DNA of 64,000 bases from NCBI RefSeq assembly GCF_009914755.1, contig NC_060928.1; one strand, given 5' to 3'. Position 1 is the stretch's first letter, and each line of letters opens with the position of its first letter. Source of the stretch: the human T2T-CHM13v2.0 reference genome, Homo sapiens. The position numbers and the translations under genes are program-made. A model generated the notes under the pieces. The model had not been told where the DNA came from and ran no database searches. It saw only the letters and a program-made list of their open reading frames with translations. Below, piece after piece: positions 23,813 to 37,641 of this stretch.

Positions 23813-25229
23813 CCAGTTATCTAGAATGAGAAAATATTCCTTGTTGACAAAGAAGATATTAAACTATAAGACTTGACAATTATTTACAGAGTGCCCCCTG
23901 AATGACAGGTGTCTTGAAGTAACTCAGAAACATAACAAGGAAAAGTTAAATCTGTATAAATTAAAGCTGAAGGTTGAAAACTTCAGGTCTTTAACTTATG
24001 GCTTTTCCTACATGACTTCAATAATAATTTCCATTTTTGTACCTCTATTAGAAGGATATAACTTGATTTTTTACTGTGTTGGGCAAAGAACTAGATGTGG
24101 TTATATGAAAGCAATCAAAAGTCTCAGTAACAGGAAATGGAAAAACTAAAGGGTGGTATAACTTAAAGCCACGCTACGACTGCCATCCATTTATAAGACC
24201 GGCTTTACATTTTTTTAAGGACTTTATATTCTCTACATCAAATTGCATAATGGATTCACTGTAAACAATGATTGAGGCAAGAAGGATTGCCCTCTAAAAT
24301 TTCAATTCAATTTTCTAAAATCGTGCAATACATTTCTTTTTTTCTCTCTCAAATGCCTTTACTGGCTGCTTTCCAGTGTGTTATAAGCACAATTGGAAGA
24401 GTGAAATTGAGCAGTGCCTACTGAATTTGTACAAATTTTTATTAGAAACAAGTAGGATGTTTGGGTTAAAAATGCATAGAAACTATTTTTTTTTAATGTG
24501 AGGAAAAATCTTGACTAATAGAAAAAGAAACTGTGCATCATGTGGCAACACATATTAGCTGACTATAAGATATATTAAATTTTTCCCTTTCAAAGACATG
24601 GAAAAAACACTCACTTATAGTAAAATAGATTGTGAGCTCACTTTTGTGCTGGAGGAACTTGACTATTATCTACGTACGAGAGGAAAAATGTATTGTTATC
24701 GGTACTATTTCTCCTATTTTTTGTTTCCACGTATCTTATGTGTGCCTATTTTGAAAATATAAAATGTATGTTGTATACAGTATTCTATCTTAATTTATAT
24801 GTGAGATTGGGGGAAGGATTAAATTTTTAGGCTATAAGTATCAAAGTTAAGTGATAAAAAATGCACAATATTTTATTTCCCAATTATTTACTATTTCTGA
24901 TAGAAATGATACATTCATTTGTTCATCATTAAATGTTCAGGAAAAAAATCCAAATTCTATAAATTTTCAGAATACAAAAGTCAATGAAGTAAGCATACAT
25001 TGAGTAAGCACTTTTTAGTAGTATTTATTTGGAAAACACATTTTAGTGCCTGCTGTATATCAAGTAATGCCCAAATGAAAATACAAAAACCGATCCTAAA
25101 AATACTTAAATTCAAATTAAAAAACAGACATTTAACTAGATAATATTCTATGAAGAGCTACTTGCTGAATATCTATATACTGAATTAACTAAAATTAAAT
25201 CACAAAAGTAAGAGCAACAATTACATTAG

Positions 25230-25610
25230 TCAAGACAAGTTGAGTTGTACTTTATAACAATCAATTCCCAAGTCTATGTGATTTAACATGATCAAATTTT
25301 ATTTCTCTCTCATTCTGTATGTCTAACACAGGCTGCAGGTTGCTGTAGTTGTTATAGATACCCAGGGATCTGACTAAAAAAGGCTCGATATTGCCACATG
25401 CCTTAATAATCACCATGACAGGGAAAAAACCATACATAACCAATCACACACTGAATCTTAAAGCTTCTACCTGGAAGTGAAGAGTCCCTTTACTTTTTGT
25501 TAATCCAAACAAGTCATAAAACCACACTTACCTTCAGAGGCAATGGGTAAGCACAATATGTTTAGAATAATAGACAAAAATATTTGTGAAGAGTCCTCAT
25601 GATTAACACA
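25230..25610 (-). mobile_element. MLT1 (I/J-type) MaLR LTR
   Basis: tttatttctctctca...tcttaaagcttctacctggaagtga...aagtcata...tatttgtgaa...gattaacaca. Confidence 0.6.
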
Positions 25611-27089
25611 ATGTTAAATCTGAATGTACAACTCAGAGAATATTCCACGAAGAAGGTAACAACTGCTAAAATAGAAGGCAGGTTGGTTTTTTTTAAAAAT
25701 AATTTTTGTACTGTTACTTGTCCTATGAGTTCTTTTAACTTATATTTTACTCAATAATTTGTGATAATAAGGATGTTTTTTATAATCACTGGCTAATATC
25801 TTTATATATATATTAAATTCTTATTCATACACATATCCTATGGACATAAAGGTTCATATTTTTAAAAGCCTAAAATATTTCATTGGTAGTTAAAGAATCT
25901 GTATCCTCCTCCTTTGTCACATACACACACTGATACATTCATAATTCATTCATATACATTCATAAATGTGACCTGAATTATTTTTTGATTGGTTTTGGTT
26001 TTCTCTCATGCTAAATATTTCCCACAGTTGTTTATTCTATGTCATTTTCAAAGCAACACTACATGTTATAACTTTGATTTACTTATTAAAGAATGTTTAT
26101 GAGTTTTTTTGATGTCTCCATTTACTGGAAACCCTTTTTATTTATTTTTTTTTAAAAAGAACAAAAACAAACACAAAATATTTATTTTAGATAACAGAAA
26201 ATCATGCTTTGCTATTGTTAAAGAGAATTTGAACTTGGAAAGGTTGATATCTTCTTCAAAATTCAAAAGTGATAGTGCTAGAGCATATTATGAACCTAGG
26301 AAATTCAATTTGCTAGTCAATTGTCAAACAGTCATTACAAGGTAAATGTTCTATTTAAGATGATTCATCTGTGGAAGAAACGATGGCAGATATAGATATA
26401 CATAGTTTTAAATGGGTTCGTAGAAAGTTTCAAATATGACATCAGCAAGTTTAAAATATAACATTAGAAGAGATTTCAAAGACTATGGATTCAGGAGAAA
26501 AAAGTTATAGCCTTATTTCTATTTTCCTTTGGATGATGATATTGGAACCTGGAACTTTCAGTAATTTATTCAGTTTTCTTTAAAAAACCATACTTCAATA
26601 TTTTTGCCAACTATTCAAAACACGCTGCCAAAATCCTATCAGTATTTCCAAATGAATGAAGTTGATTTCCATCTTCATCTACAAATACAGCTTCCTTTCC
26701 TTTATAAAACTCCTACTTTTCTCTTTATTGCCTACTCCAATACTTGCTCTCATTTCCTTCAACTACCTGCCTCTCCTCTCTCCAGTCAGACTACAGTTTC
26801 TGGCATGAATGTCCTGACTTTATTATTATTTTTATTTTCAATTATATTTTCTAGGTTTACAATAGTTTTTTTTCTATTGTGTTTCAATGAATGTTGCTGG
26901 CTTCTCTTTCAAATTATTGGACTAAAGAAATCTGAAAGCCCTGGCTTCTTGATACACATAGAAAATGCTCACACAGTCCTTGAAATGCTCTCAAATAGGT
27001 ACTACAGCAGTTATGGTGCAGATGAGAAAATTGAGGTTCTGAGAACATTAAGTATTATAATAAAAATAATTATAGTAGTTGTGTTTCTA

Positions 27090-27205
27090 CATTTTAGGCA
27101 CTGTGATGTGTCTGCTATAGAAATTGCCTCATTTAATCTACATAACAAACCTAAGAAGTAGATATTATTATTCCCATTTTATAGAAAAAAATGAAACTCA
27201 AACTT
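27090..27205 (-). mobile_element. MIR fragment interrupted by the downstream L1PA
   Basis: cctcatttaatctacataacaaacctaagaagtagatattattattcccattttataga; possible remainder after the L1 tail (cagagtctaggcttttaatta). Confidence 0.7.
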
Positions 27206-27210
27206 ATTAA

Positions 27211-29000
27211 ACAACTCTCATTCAAAATTGCTACAAAGAGAATAAAACATATAAGAATACAGATAACAAGGGAAGTAAAGGACCTCTTCAAGGAGAACTA
27301 CAAACCACTGCTCATGGCAATCAGAGAGGACACAAACTAATGGAAAAACATTCCATGCTCATGGATAGGAAGAATCATTATGAAAATGGCCATACTGCCC
27401 AAAGTGATGTAGAGATTCAATGCTATTCCCATTAAACTACCATTGACATTCTCCACAGAATTAGAAAAAAACTACTTTAAAATTCATATGGAACAAAAAA
27501 AGAGCCCAGATAGCCAAGACAATCCTAAGCAAAGGAACAAAGCTGGAGGCATCACATTCCCTGACTTCAAGCTACACTACAAGGCTACAGTAACCAAAAC
27601 AGCATGGCACTGGTAGAAGAACAGACACATAGGCCAATGCAACAGAATAGAGAACTCAAAAATAAGACCCCACATCTACAACCATCTGATATTTGACCAA
27701 CCTGACAAAAAAGTGTTGGAGAAACTGTTTCCTATTTAATAAATGGTGCTGGGAGAACTGGCTAGTCATAGGCAAAAAATTGAAACTGGACCCTTCCTTA
27801 CACCTTATGCAAAAATTAAGTCAGTGTGGATTATAGACTTAAATTTATAACCCCAAACTATAAAAACCCTAGAAGAAAATCTAAGCAATACCATTCAGGA
27901 CATGGGCAAGAGCAAAGATTTCATAACTAAAACATAAAAAGTAATTGCAATAAAAGCCAAAATTGACAAATGGGATCTAATTAAACTAAAGCGCTTCTGC
28001 ACAGCAAAAGATACTATCATCAGAGTGAACAGGCAAGCTACAGATTGGGAGAAAATTTTTGCAATCTACCTGTGTGACAAAAGTCTAATATCAAGAATCT
28101 ACAAGGAACTTAAACAAATTTACAAGAAAAATACAAACAACCCCATTAAAAAGTGGGCAAAGGACATGAACAGATGCTTCTCAAAAGAAGAGATTTTGCA
28201 CCTAACAAACATGGAAAAAAGCTCAGCATCGCGGATCATTAGAGAAATGCAAGTCAAAACCACAGTGAGATACCATCTCACACTGTCAGAGTGGCAATTA
28301 TTAAAAAGTCAAGAAACAACAGATGCTGGCAAGGCTGTAGAGAAATAGGAACACTTTACACTGTTGGTGGGAATTTAAATTAGTTCAACCATTGTGGAAG
28401 ACAGTGTGGTGATTCCTCAAAGATATAGAAACAGAAATACCATTTGAACCAGCAATCCCATTACTGGGTATATACCCAAAGGAATATAAATCATTCTATT
28501 TTAAAAATACATGTGTCCATACGTTCACTGCAGCACTATTCATAATAGCAAAGACATGGAATCAACTCAAATGCCCATCAATGATAGACTGGATAAAGAA
28601 AATGTAGTACATATGCACCACGAAATACTATGCAGACATAAGAAAGAATGAGATCATCTTCTTTGCAGGGATATGGATGGAGCTGGAAGCCATTATCCTC
28701 AGCAAACTAACACAGGAACAGAAAACCCAAACACCACCTGCTCTCACTTGAAAGTGGGAGCTGAACAGTGAGAACACATGGACACCTTGAGGGAAACAAC
28801 ACATACTGGGGCCTTCAGTCAGGCAGGGAGGGGTGGTAGAGGGAGGGAAAGCATGAGGAAAAATAGCTGATGCATGCTGGGCTGAATATCTAGGTGATTG
28901 GTTGATATGTGAAGCAAACCACCATGGCACATGCTTACCTATGTAACAAACCTGCACATCCTGCACATGTATCCCGGAACTTAAAATAAATAATAATAAT
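27211..29000 (+). mobile_element. 5'-truncated L1PA (L1PA10/11-like): 3' part of ORF2 and 3' UTR
   Basis: gacctcttcaaggagaactacaaaccactgctc...; ORF 28025-28348 is ORF2-like (WEKIFAIY...[13 protein letters not shown]); ends cctgcacatgtatcccggaacttaaaataaa; multiple stops and frameshifts. Confidence 0.95.
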
Positions 29001-30409
29001 AGTAATAACTGGTTTACAGAGTCTAGGCTTTTAATTATTACTCTATGAAGTAGTCTCCCAAATGGTATTCACAAAATGATTCATAGAAAATTTATTGTGA
29101 TCTTTATGATTTTTATGAATATTTATGTTTTCACCCTAGTTTTCATATCAGGTTCATATGTCTAAAAGGAAAATATTACTTGTGGTATGTTGATGATGCC
29201 CAAGGTAAAGATGGGGTATTCACCACAAATCTAACAATTAAGACCATCACAATTTTTCATTTGCTTTCAGCACACTGAGGTGTGTCATAGTAAAATTACC
29301 CTTAGTTCAATAAATTTACAGGATATTTTATTTTTCATATTATTATATTTTAATCTACTTTGCCATATAGAAAATGACTATAAAATGATATTTAGAAATG
29401 GAAAAACATTGCTTATCATCTCATGGTCAAAAATTAGGATTATCATTGTCAATCTTCGAAATATAATATGCATTTTTTCACTTATAAAGCATACATGCTT
29501 TAATTTGCTGAATTTGTTATGGCATTGTGGTAAACTGATTATATCCACTTACTTTGCTATGAACCTTTGCGTGTCTTTCACTATGGGTGGAGTACATTTG
29601 TCCAGTGCCATGATTTCTGTCTTGGTTTTGTGACCTTTTTTGCTTAATAAAATATTAATAAATATGATGTGGACTTAAACATGTGGGCATGGCTTGCCTT
29701 GCTTTCTTAAGTTCCTGTGATCATCTATAAAATGAACATGACATGAATAACTACTGACTAAAGATAAATAAATTGGAAAACACATGCAACAGAGTTAAGC
29801 CCAACCCACAATTCAAAGCCAAGTCTAGATAATTCTAAATTGGTCACTGCTGATACACAGAGTCTATATATATTTAAAATTGTTAAGCAGACAAACTAAT
29901 ACAGACAAGTGATATTCAATGGTGTGCTAACTAGCAGGTATTTTTGAAAACATAAACATACTAAATCTGTCTCTTTAAGACAAATGAGTAGCTACTTATT
30001 GAAAATGATATTTTTATAGGTCTTAAAAAACGTGCAATTACACTTTTCCAAGTTAGATCAGGGAATCCACTTCTTACTGATATCATCACTCTCACAGACA
30101 TCGATTCAGAACTTGACAGTGTTTCTATAATTAATTCAGAATATTTGTTATTCACAAAACCCTTTTTCATTTTACTCCTGTGAGTTTTTGTCAGCTCCCA
30201 CGTGGTGAGCTTATAATCTTTTCCCCTTGTAGTCTATAACTTCTTTGTAAGTTAAATAATTCATGTCTATAATTCAATTCCAAGTGCCCAATTATGGGGT
30301 AAAATTTCATTGATGGCATTGCTTTTGTCTTTTTCTGTGTTTTTATTAACTTTTTTTCTTTCATTCCAACAATAATATTGGAAACATATATAACCTGCAG
30401 GTTGTGAGT

Positions 30410-30582
30410 GTGAGCTCTGTAATTAGAATGTCTGAATTCAACCCTAGTTACATAGTCTTGTTAAACCTCAAATTCTTGTTCCTGCATGGGTTAATATTAG
30501 TACTCGTCTTTACAGTTGTTGCCAGTGTTACATAAGTCAATATATTTTTAGCACAGTGGTTGGCGCATAGAAGTGCTCAAAG
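30410..30582 (+). mobile_element. MIR
   Basis: tgtctgaattcaacccta...ttagcacagtggttggcgcatagaagtgctcaa. Confidence 0.65.
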
Positions 30583-32134
30583 GGTAGTGTGGAGACAGTC
30601 AGAAAGGGGGACCTGTAGTTATGAGACAGGATACCACCTCCTGGTCTGGCATAGAAGGACCATCACAGTAAGGTCCAAACCTGCTGTGAGAAATCTACAC
30701 TACCAGATACACTGTGCCATCCTTATGCACTAAGAATGCACCTCTCCTCCTTGCTTTAATATATGCTCTTTTTTTTTTTCTGCCTGTAATATCTTTGTTG
30801 GTCTTCTCCCTCTCTAGCAGGCAAACTTCTTCTCTTAAGGTTCATCTCATAGAGTAATTCCTATGAGAAATCCTCTGTGATTCATTTATGATGTATCAGT
30901 GATTCCATCTTCCTTATTCCTACTTTTTACTATAATTCTGAGTCTCTCCATGAAACAGCCCGAAGATGATCAGCAACAAGAGTGTGTAAGGTTTTCTTAC
31001 TCATCTCCATAATACTGATGCCTATGATCATGCTCCATAGTGTTGAATGAATGGATGGATGAATGAACATGAAAATGAATAAGAATGATTTTTCACTTTT
31101 TGGGAAATAAATATTAACATCGTGAGAAGATTCTACATACATATATATTTCCTGTCAGATTGAATAAACACAGAACTGTCCAAAAATTTAACTTTCCATG
31201 GATTTACATGTTAAGAAATCTGTGAGTATCATAGAGACCTTTACAATTATTCCTTTATATAGTGTTGCATTATACATAAATTCGTCAGTTACCCATAGTT
31301 ATATAATTTTGCTATGTTAGATCTTGTCATTTTATTCAAAATTGCCCTATCAATCTGTCACATTTGATATTTCAGGTAAATATTAAGAATTTGGAGAGAT
31401 TCTGTGAATTTTGCTGTTCTTGTTATGCTCTCTAAATTGGATATTCTCTGTCCACATTTGGAGAGCACAGTTGGATGTCTTTACAAAGTCTCGAATAATT
31501 CTGATACTAATTTAACTGTAATAGACTATCTTTGGCATCTTGATTACTCTCAATATTTTTAATGCTCAATGAGGCATTCTTGTCAATGGCTTAAAGCTTA
31601 TAAAATTCAGAAATGAACATCTGCTATCCTCTTCATCTTTGCTACATAAGAAATCAATTCTAGAAGAAAATCCAAAAACCCTCCAGCATTAGTTGCCTCT
31701 CCATATTGCCTTTGATTTCACTGATGTCTGTAATTTATATATGTTTGAGGAGTTTAGCTTTAATAATAATCTTGTCAGACTGGGTACTCACATAGCCTAG
31801 GAATTTTGTAGATGCTTAAGATAAATTACCTGTTGAATGCTCAGCTGACATTAAATGGTACTTATATTAATTGTCTTTACCACATACAGATAGACAGATT
31901 GATGGGCAGGTACATAGATAAATAGATATGGAGCCTCGGATAAATTAATTTGCTTACAGTTGCATTTAATAAGAATCAAAACTTGGCTCTGAATTTGGTT
32001 CTGAAAGATTTCAAATGCCTTAATCTTTCCATGGTACCACATGGCCCTCTGTGCTATTTTGAACTTAAAAGGTGGAACTTCATTGTTGAGTTGGAGAATT
32101 TAATAAAGCATTTCAGAACCAAGACACTTTCAGC

Positions 32135-32137
<3 letters not shown>

Positions 32138-32175
<38 letters not shown>

Positions 32176-32220
32176 ACACACACACGCAGACACACACACA
32201 GGCACACACAGTCACACACA
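32138..32220 (+). repeat. (CA)n microsatellite with degenerate extension
   Basis: Pure (CA)n run then gagacacacacacgcagacacacacacaggcacacacagtcacacaca. Confidence 0.95.
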
Positions 32221-33016
32221 GACTGATTTGGTTCCTCATTCCTAAACTTGGCAAAGTTTTGATATGTAATTCTTATATACCGGGCACAGCATAGAAGACC
32301 AGGGGATAATTTCCCCCTGATGTTGTTTTGATATAAATAAGCAGGGAAAGAAAAAATATTCCAGTCTTTCTCTTATTAAACAAATGAATATCTGAGTGCC
32401 CTACCCGAAATGAAGTATTTGATGTAATTTTTATAGCTCTTAGCAGAGTTCTGCCGAAAGCACTGTTATAAGATGAATAAGGACATTATTAACAAGTGAA
32501 CAAAAATGTAGATCCTTGGTACAGTGGTTTAAATAGGATTCATGCTTTCACTTAAATATGTGGTGAGTGCAAGATGAGACAACAAAAATGATCAATTGCA
32601 CATATATTGAGCAGAATGTTAATTTAAAAACCATATTATGTGTATTAACTGATATAGAAGTAAAGTTTTATCATTAAAATAAATATTTAGTTCTCCTGTT
32701 ATTTTACAGTATCCAGTACAGTTTCAATATAGCATTTGTTATGTTTAAGTAAACATGCATTTATTTGCTTAATGCTTGTTCTCCATCAGCAAAACTTACG
32801 TATCCGGAACAAGAACTAAGTTTGACATATATCTCAATGCCAAGCACATAATAGGTGCTCAGTAAATATGTTGTTGCCATAAATCAGTGAATGGCTATAT
32901 TGAAATAATTTTACAATAGATATATTTAGATAGCTATCTAATATAGAACAGCCAAAGTAAAATATTATATTATCTTAGAGAATAATTTTAAGCTATTTTA
33001 AATTGAAATATAAAAC

Positions 33017-33228
33017 AGTGTAGTGGCAGACACTGGAGCCTGGATGCCTAGGTTCCAAATTCAGTTTTGCCATGCACTAGCTATATGACCTTGGACAAGT
33101 TCTTTCATCTCTCATTGCCTCAGTTCCCTCATTTTAAGTTAATAATATCTACCTCAGAGCATTTTTGTCTTTTAGTAAGCATTTCATGATTTTCATCTCA
33201 TGTACAGTAAGCACAACAAAAATGTTGC
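33017..33228 (+). mobile_element. MIR
   Basis: ctggagcctggatgcctaggttccaaat...ctagctatatgaccttggacaagtt...gcctcagttccctcatt. Confidence 0.8.
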
Positions 33229-33231
33229 ATC

Positions 33232-33345
33232 TTATTTTTATTTATTATTATTATTATTTATTATTATTATACTTTAAGTTTTAGGGTACATGTGCACAAC
33301 GTGCAGGTTTGTTACATATGTATACATGTGCCATGTTGGTGTGCT
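33232..33345 (-). mobile_element. Very short young L1PA (PA2-5-like) 3' end with (TTA)n tail
   Basis: ttattatactttaagttttagggtacatgtgcacaacgtgcaggtttgttacatatgtatacatgtgccatgttggtgtgct. Confidence 0.92.
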
Positions 33346-33657
33346 ATCATGCTTTTTGTTTCACACTATGATCTTCAGCCATATTGAGAGGGTGGGATTT
33401 ATAAAGATAATAATATGTAAGGGATTATTTCTAGTTCTTTTGTTGGCACTTTTCTGGCATGAGAATTTTTCCATAACGGTGGTCACTTTTGCTCCAAGGT
33501 TGTTACCCATAATAATTAAGCAGATTAAGATAATACATTTAGGGAAAAAAACAAACAGGAATTAATATATTTTAATGGAAATGTATAAATATTGCAGTCC
33601 AACAGAGCTACTTTCAAATTCCAGTTATGACGATGACTTTGAACGAGTAACATTCTG

Positions 33658-33697
33658 AATTTTTGTCTTCATTTATAAATTTTTGTCTTCATTTATA
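33658..33697 (+). repeat. Perfect 20-bp tandem duplication inside a MIR remnant
   Basis: aatttttgtcttcatttata x2. Confidence 0.9.
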
Positions 33698-33899
33698 AAA
33701 TGAGATTTGCTTGAACTGTTCTTCAAAACTATGACAGGCAGAATCTTAGCAAAATTTATACCAATAATTTTATGTATCTTCTTTGATTTTTAATACTCTC
33801 AACTCACCAACTATTTCCCTCCCAAACAGCCTGAACTTGCATCACCCTGTAGTTTAAAATTTGTCCTTTGTTCTCAGAGGAATCAGTGTTAAGCAGTAG

Positions 33900-34273
33900 T
33901 GTATTTGTCCATTCTTGCATTGCTATAAAGAACTACCTGAGACTGGGTAATTTATAAAGAAAAGAAAATTAATTGGCTCACAGTTCTGCAGGCCATACAG
34001 GAAGCATGGCTGGGAGGCCTCAGGAAATGTTCAATCATGGCAGAAGGCAAGGAGGAAGGAGGCAAGTCTTACATGGCTGGAGCAGGAGAAAGAGAGTGAA
34101 GGGGGAGGTGCTCTTAAACAACCAGATCTCATGAAAACTCACTCGTTATTATGAAAAGATCAAGGGGGAAATCTACCTGCATGATCCAATCACCTCCCAC
34201 TAGGCCTCCTCCAACACTGGGGGTTACAATTTTACATGAGATTTGGACAGGGACACAAATCCAAACCATATCA
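33900..34273 (-). mobile_element. THE1D/MSTA-type MaLR solo LTR
   Basis: tgtatttgtccattcttgcattgctataaagaactacctgagactgggtaatttat...gggacacaaatccaaaccatatca; TSD agtag/agcag. Confidence 0.9.
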
Positions 34274-34351
34274 AGCAGTAACTTGCAGTATAGTCCAGCA
34301 GCCATAGCACTGAAAGAAACATACAGATCTTGAGTTGAAATCCTAGCTCCT

Positions 34352-35485
34352 AAAGGAAACAATCAACAAAGTGAGAAGACAATCCACAGAAAGGGAGATA
34401 ATACTTGCAAACTATCCATATGACAGAGATTAATAACCAGATTATACAAGGAACTTAAACAACTTTATAGGAAAAAATTTAATAATCTAATTTAAAAATG
34501 AGCAAAAGATCTGAATAGACATTTCTCAGAAGAAGATATACAAATGGCAAATAGGCATATGGAAAGGCACTCAACATAACTGATCATCAGAGAAATACAA
34601 ATCAAAACTACAATTAGATATTATCTCACCCCAGTAAAAATGGCTTTTATGCAAAAGACAGGCAATAACAAATGCTGGCAAGGGTGTGGAGAAAGGGGAA
34701 GCCTTGTACACTGTTAGTACAGCTGCTATGGAGAACAGCATGGAGCTTCCTTAAAAAACTAAAAATAGAACAACCATATGATCCAGTAATCAAACTGCTA
34801 GGAATATATCCAAAAGAAAAGAAATCAGTATGTCGAAGAGATATCTGCACCCCCATGTTTCTTGAAGCACTATTCACAAGAGCCAAGATTTGAACACAAC
34901 CTAGGTGGCCATCAACAGAAGAATGGATAAAGAAAATGTGGTACATATACACAATGGAGTACTATTCAGCCAAAAAAAAGGATGAGATATTGTTATGTTT
35001 AATAACATGAATACCACTGGAGGACATTATGTTAAGTAAAATAAGCAAGGCACAGAAAAACTAATTTTGCATGTTATCACTCATTTGTGGGAGCTAAAAA
35101 TTAAAACAATTGAACTCATGCAGACAGAGAGTAGAAGGCTTGTTACCAGAGGCTGGGAAGGTTAGGAAGTGGGAGGTGGGAAATGAGGATGGTTAATGGG
35201 TATAAAAATATGGTTAGATAGAATAAATAAGCTCTAGTATTTGATAGCACAATAGGATGGCTACAGACAGCAATAATTTGTTGAACATTTTAGAGTAACT
35301 GAGGGTGTACAATTGGAATGTTCATAACACAAAGAAAAGATGAATGCTTGAGGTGATGGAAACCCTATTTACCCTCATATGATTATTACACATCGTACAC
35401 CTGTATCAAAATATCTCATATACCCCATAATTATATACACCTAATATGTACTCATAAAATTTTTTTAAATAAAGTTTTTAAAAAA
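34352..35485 (+). mobile_element. L1MA (MA2/MA3-like) 3' end
   Basis: ORF 34672-34893 is ORF2-like ([24 protein letters not shown]); 3' UTR tagtatttgatagcacaatagg...tgcttgaggtgatgg...atatacacctaatatgtac. Confidence 0.9.
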
Positions 35486-36276
35486 GGGACAGGGAGTGCA
35501 ATGTGTGGGACTGATAAATAAAGGCAAATAGTATTTAGGTATTGTAGAATTTCAAATTTCTTTAAGTTTAGAATTTTCAAAATAAAAAGTTGGATATGAA
35601 ACAATAAAAAATTGTATAATGACTAGTTAATTTTTAAAAATCTAGTTCCTTTATACTTTCCATCATTTGGGACTTGAGAAAAAGACTATATTTTTATGCT
35701 TTTGGGTAACCACCCTGGGTTTATAATTATGATGATAATTAATAATATAAAGAACAAATAAGAAAATGCAATGAAATACTTTCATATCTGTAATGTGCTA
35801 TACAAATGCAATAGATTGGGTTATATTTGCTCTGGGACCCAGTGAAGCAAGTTCCATTGAAGTGGAATCCACCAAGCACCACTGGGAAATGTGACTGACC
35901 ACTGTGCACCCTTAAATTGAAACCATAATTATTCTGTCTCCAAATACTGTGCAGTTTATTCATGATTCACTCTCCTCAAGTACCCCTGCTAACAAATCCA
36001 CTGCAATACAGCCCAATCCACTTAATGCAGTTTCTTTACCAAACTCATTGCCTATCCTCTGCATGAGATAGAGTTGCCATTTGGGACACAGGCTGCCTTT
36101 CAGACTCCAATTTCTTTATCAAGAAAAATTTTGTTGCCATCCTGCTTCCCGGTGAAAGTTATAATTTTGTAATGATATCTGATGTTTTTCCCAACAAATG
36201 AACACAGACACCCTAAGCACAAACAAATTAGTCTATATTTCAAGTGTACCGATTTTATCCATTACGTAAAGGATTG

Positions 36277-36651
36277 GTATATTTTTTGCTAGCGATGCCA
36301 TAACAAAGTGCCACAGACTCAGTGACTTAAACAACAGAAATTTATTTTTTCATATTCCTGGAGGCTAGAAATATGAGCTCAAAGTGTCAGAAGGGTTGGT
36401 TTCTTCCAAGGCTTCTCTTCTCACTTTGTAAATTGTTAAATTCTCCTGGTTTTTCACACAGTCTCTCCTTTATATGTCTGTGTCTTCAACTCTTCTAATA
36501 AAGATACCGTAAGGTTGGATTCAGTCCCATTCTCATTTGAACTTAATCACCTCTTTAAACACCCGATCTCCAAATATAGTCACATTCTGAGGTACTGGGG
36601 ATTATTACATTCACATATGAATTTTCTGGGAATAAAACTTAGACCAAAACA
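36277..36651 (-). mobile_element. MLT1A/B MaLR solo LTR
   Basis: gccataacaaagtgccacagactcagtgacttaaacaacagaaatttattt...ctccaaatatagtcacattctgaggtactgggg. Confidence 0.88.
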
Positions 36652-37514
36652 GATGATAATGTAACAATAAAGTAGATGATTCTAAGGGAATTTTATTTGG
36701 CATTTTAAAAATTGTATCTATTTATTCAAATAAGTTTAACAAGCATTCACTAAATATCATCTCAGAGCAGGGAATTACATTATCCTGTGAGAAATTGTAA
36801 TGCAGAGACACATTTCAAAGAAAAATCAGAATTCTGTAATTTTTTATTAATATGCATAACCACCCTGAGATATTATGCCCATTAATAAAAAAGTAAACTG
36901 AAGTAAAAAAGTTAAGCTATAGCTGTTAGATGGCAGTCCTGTTCATCAAGGCCAGAACTATTGAACTCCAAAGCCCATAATTTTTTTCTTTTATATTGTC
37001 CTTTTGCTGTATTATGCTGGGTCTACAGGCATGTATGAAGAGGCTGGAATAATCATCGATTATTGTTGAGTTTAAGGAATAAAATATTTATAAATACATT
37101 GGTTCAGGATAAGCCTTAGCATAAGACCTTAATACACATACTCATTAAACACTGTGTCTGTACCCAAGCAACCCTAAACAGTGCAGCCTAGTGGCTCAAA
37201 ATCTTCTCTCTCTGGTTCCAGAGTGATAGATGCTTAGGTAGTAGAAATGTCTGATGTGGTCTAGTAGACAGCATTAAAGGATGAATCCAACGTTTTTCAA
37301 CAGTAGCAAGAAACTGAACAATACAGGCCGAGAAGTCAGTACAATGAGAAACTTAAGACTGGAAGGCTGTGGTGAGATCATGAAGCAGGAGAGAATCTGG
37401 CTCATTTATACAAATGGAGAGAAATACTTGGAAATGACCAAAAACCAAATCAGAGACAGATTTCAGAGGACACAAAATGCCACATAAAAAGATTTATATA
37501 GTAGTTTTGAGGTC

Positions 37515-37641
37515 AGTGGTTCTAAAAAGTTATTGTGCAAATAAAACATCAGGATTGCTGTGATTAACCCCAGAGTTATTTACTTTGCACCCCAGAAAAT
37601 TCTGAGCCTGGGCTTCTAGATATCACACATGGAGGCCCATG
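37515..37641. mobile_element. Degenerate MER5-type hAT fossil
   Basis: cagtggttctaaaa...gcaccccagaaaattctga. Confidence 0.35.

Noticed and set aside
26604-27161. Longest ORF in the track (185 aa)
   Set aside because: TTG start, F/L/I-biased composition from T-rich DNA, runs into MIR remnants, no recognisable domain.
30019-30179. Open plus-strand frame between an AG and a GTGAGT (GLKKRAITLFQVRSG...)
   Set aside because: Weak polypyrimidine tract, no recognisable protein, no partner exons; compatible with chance.
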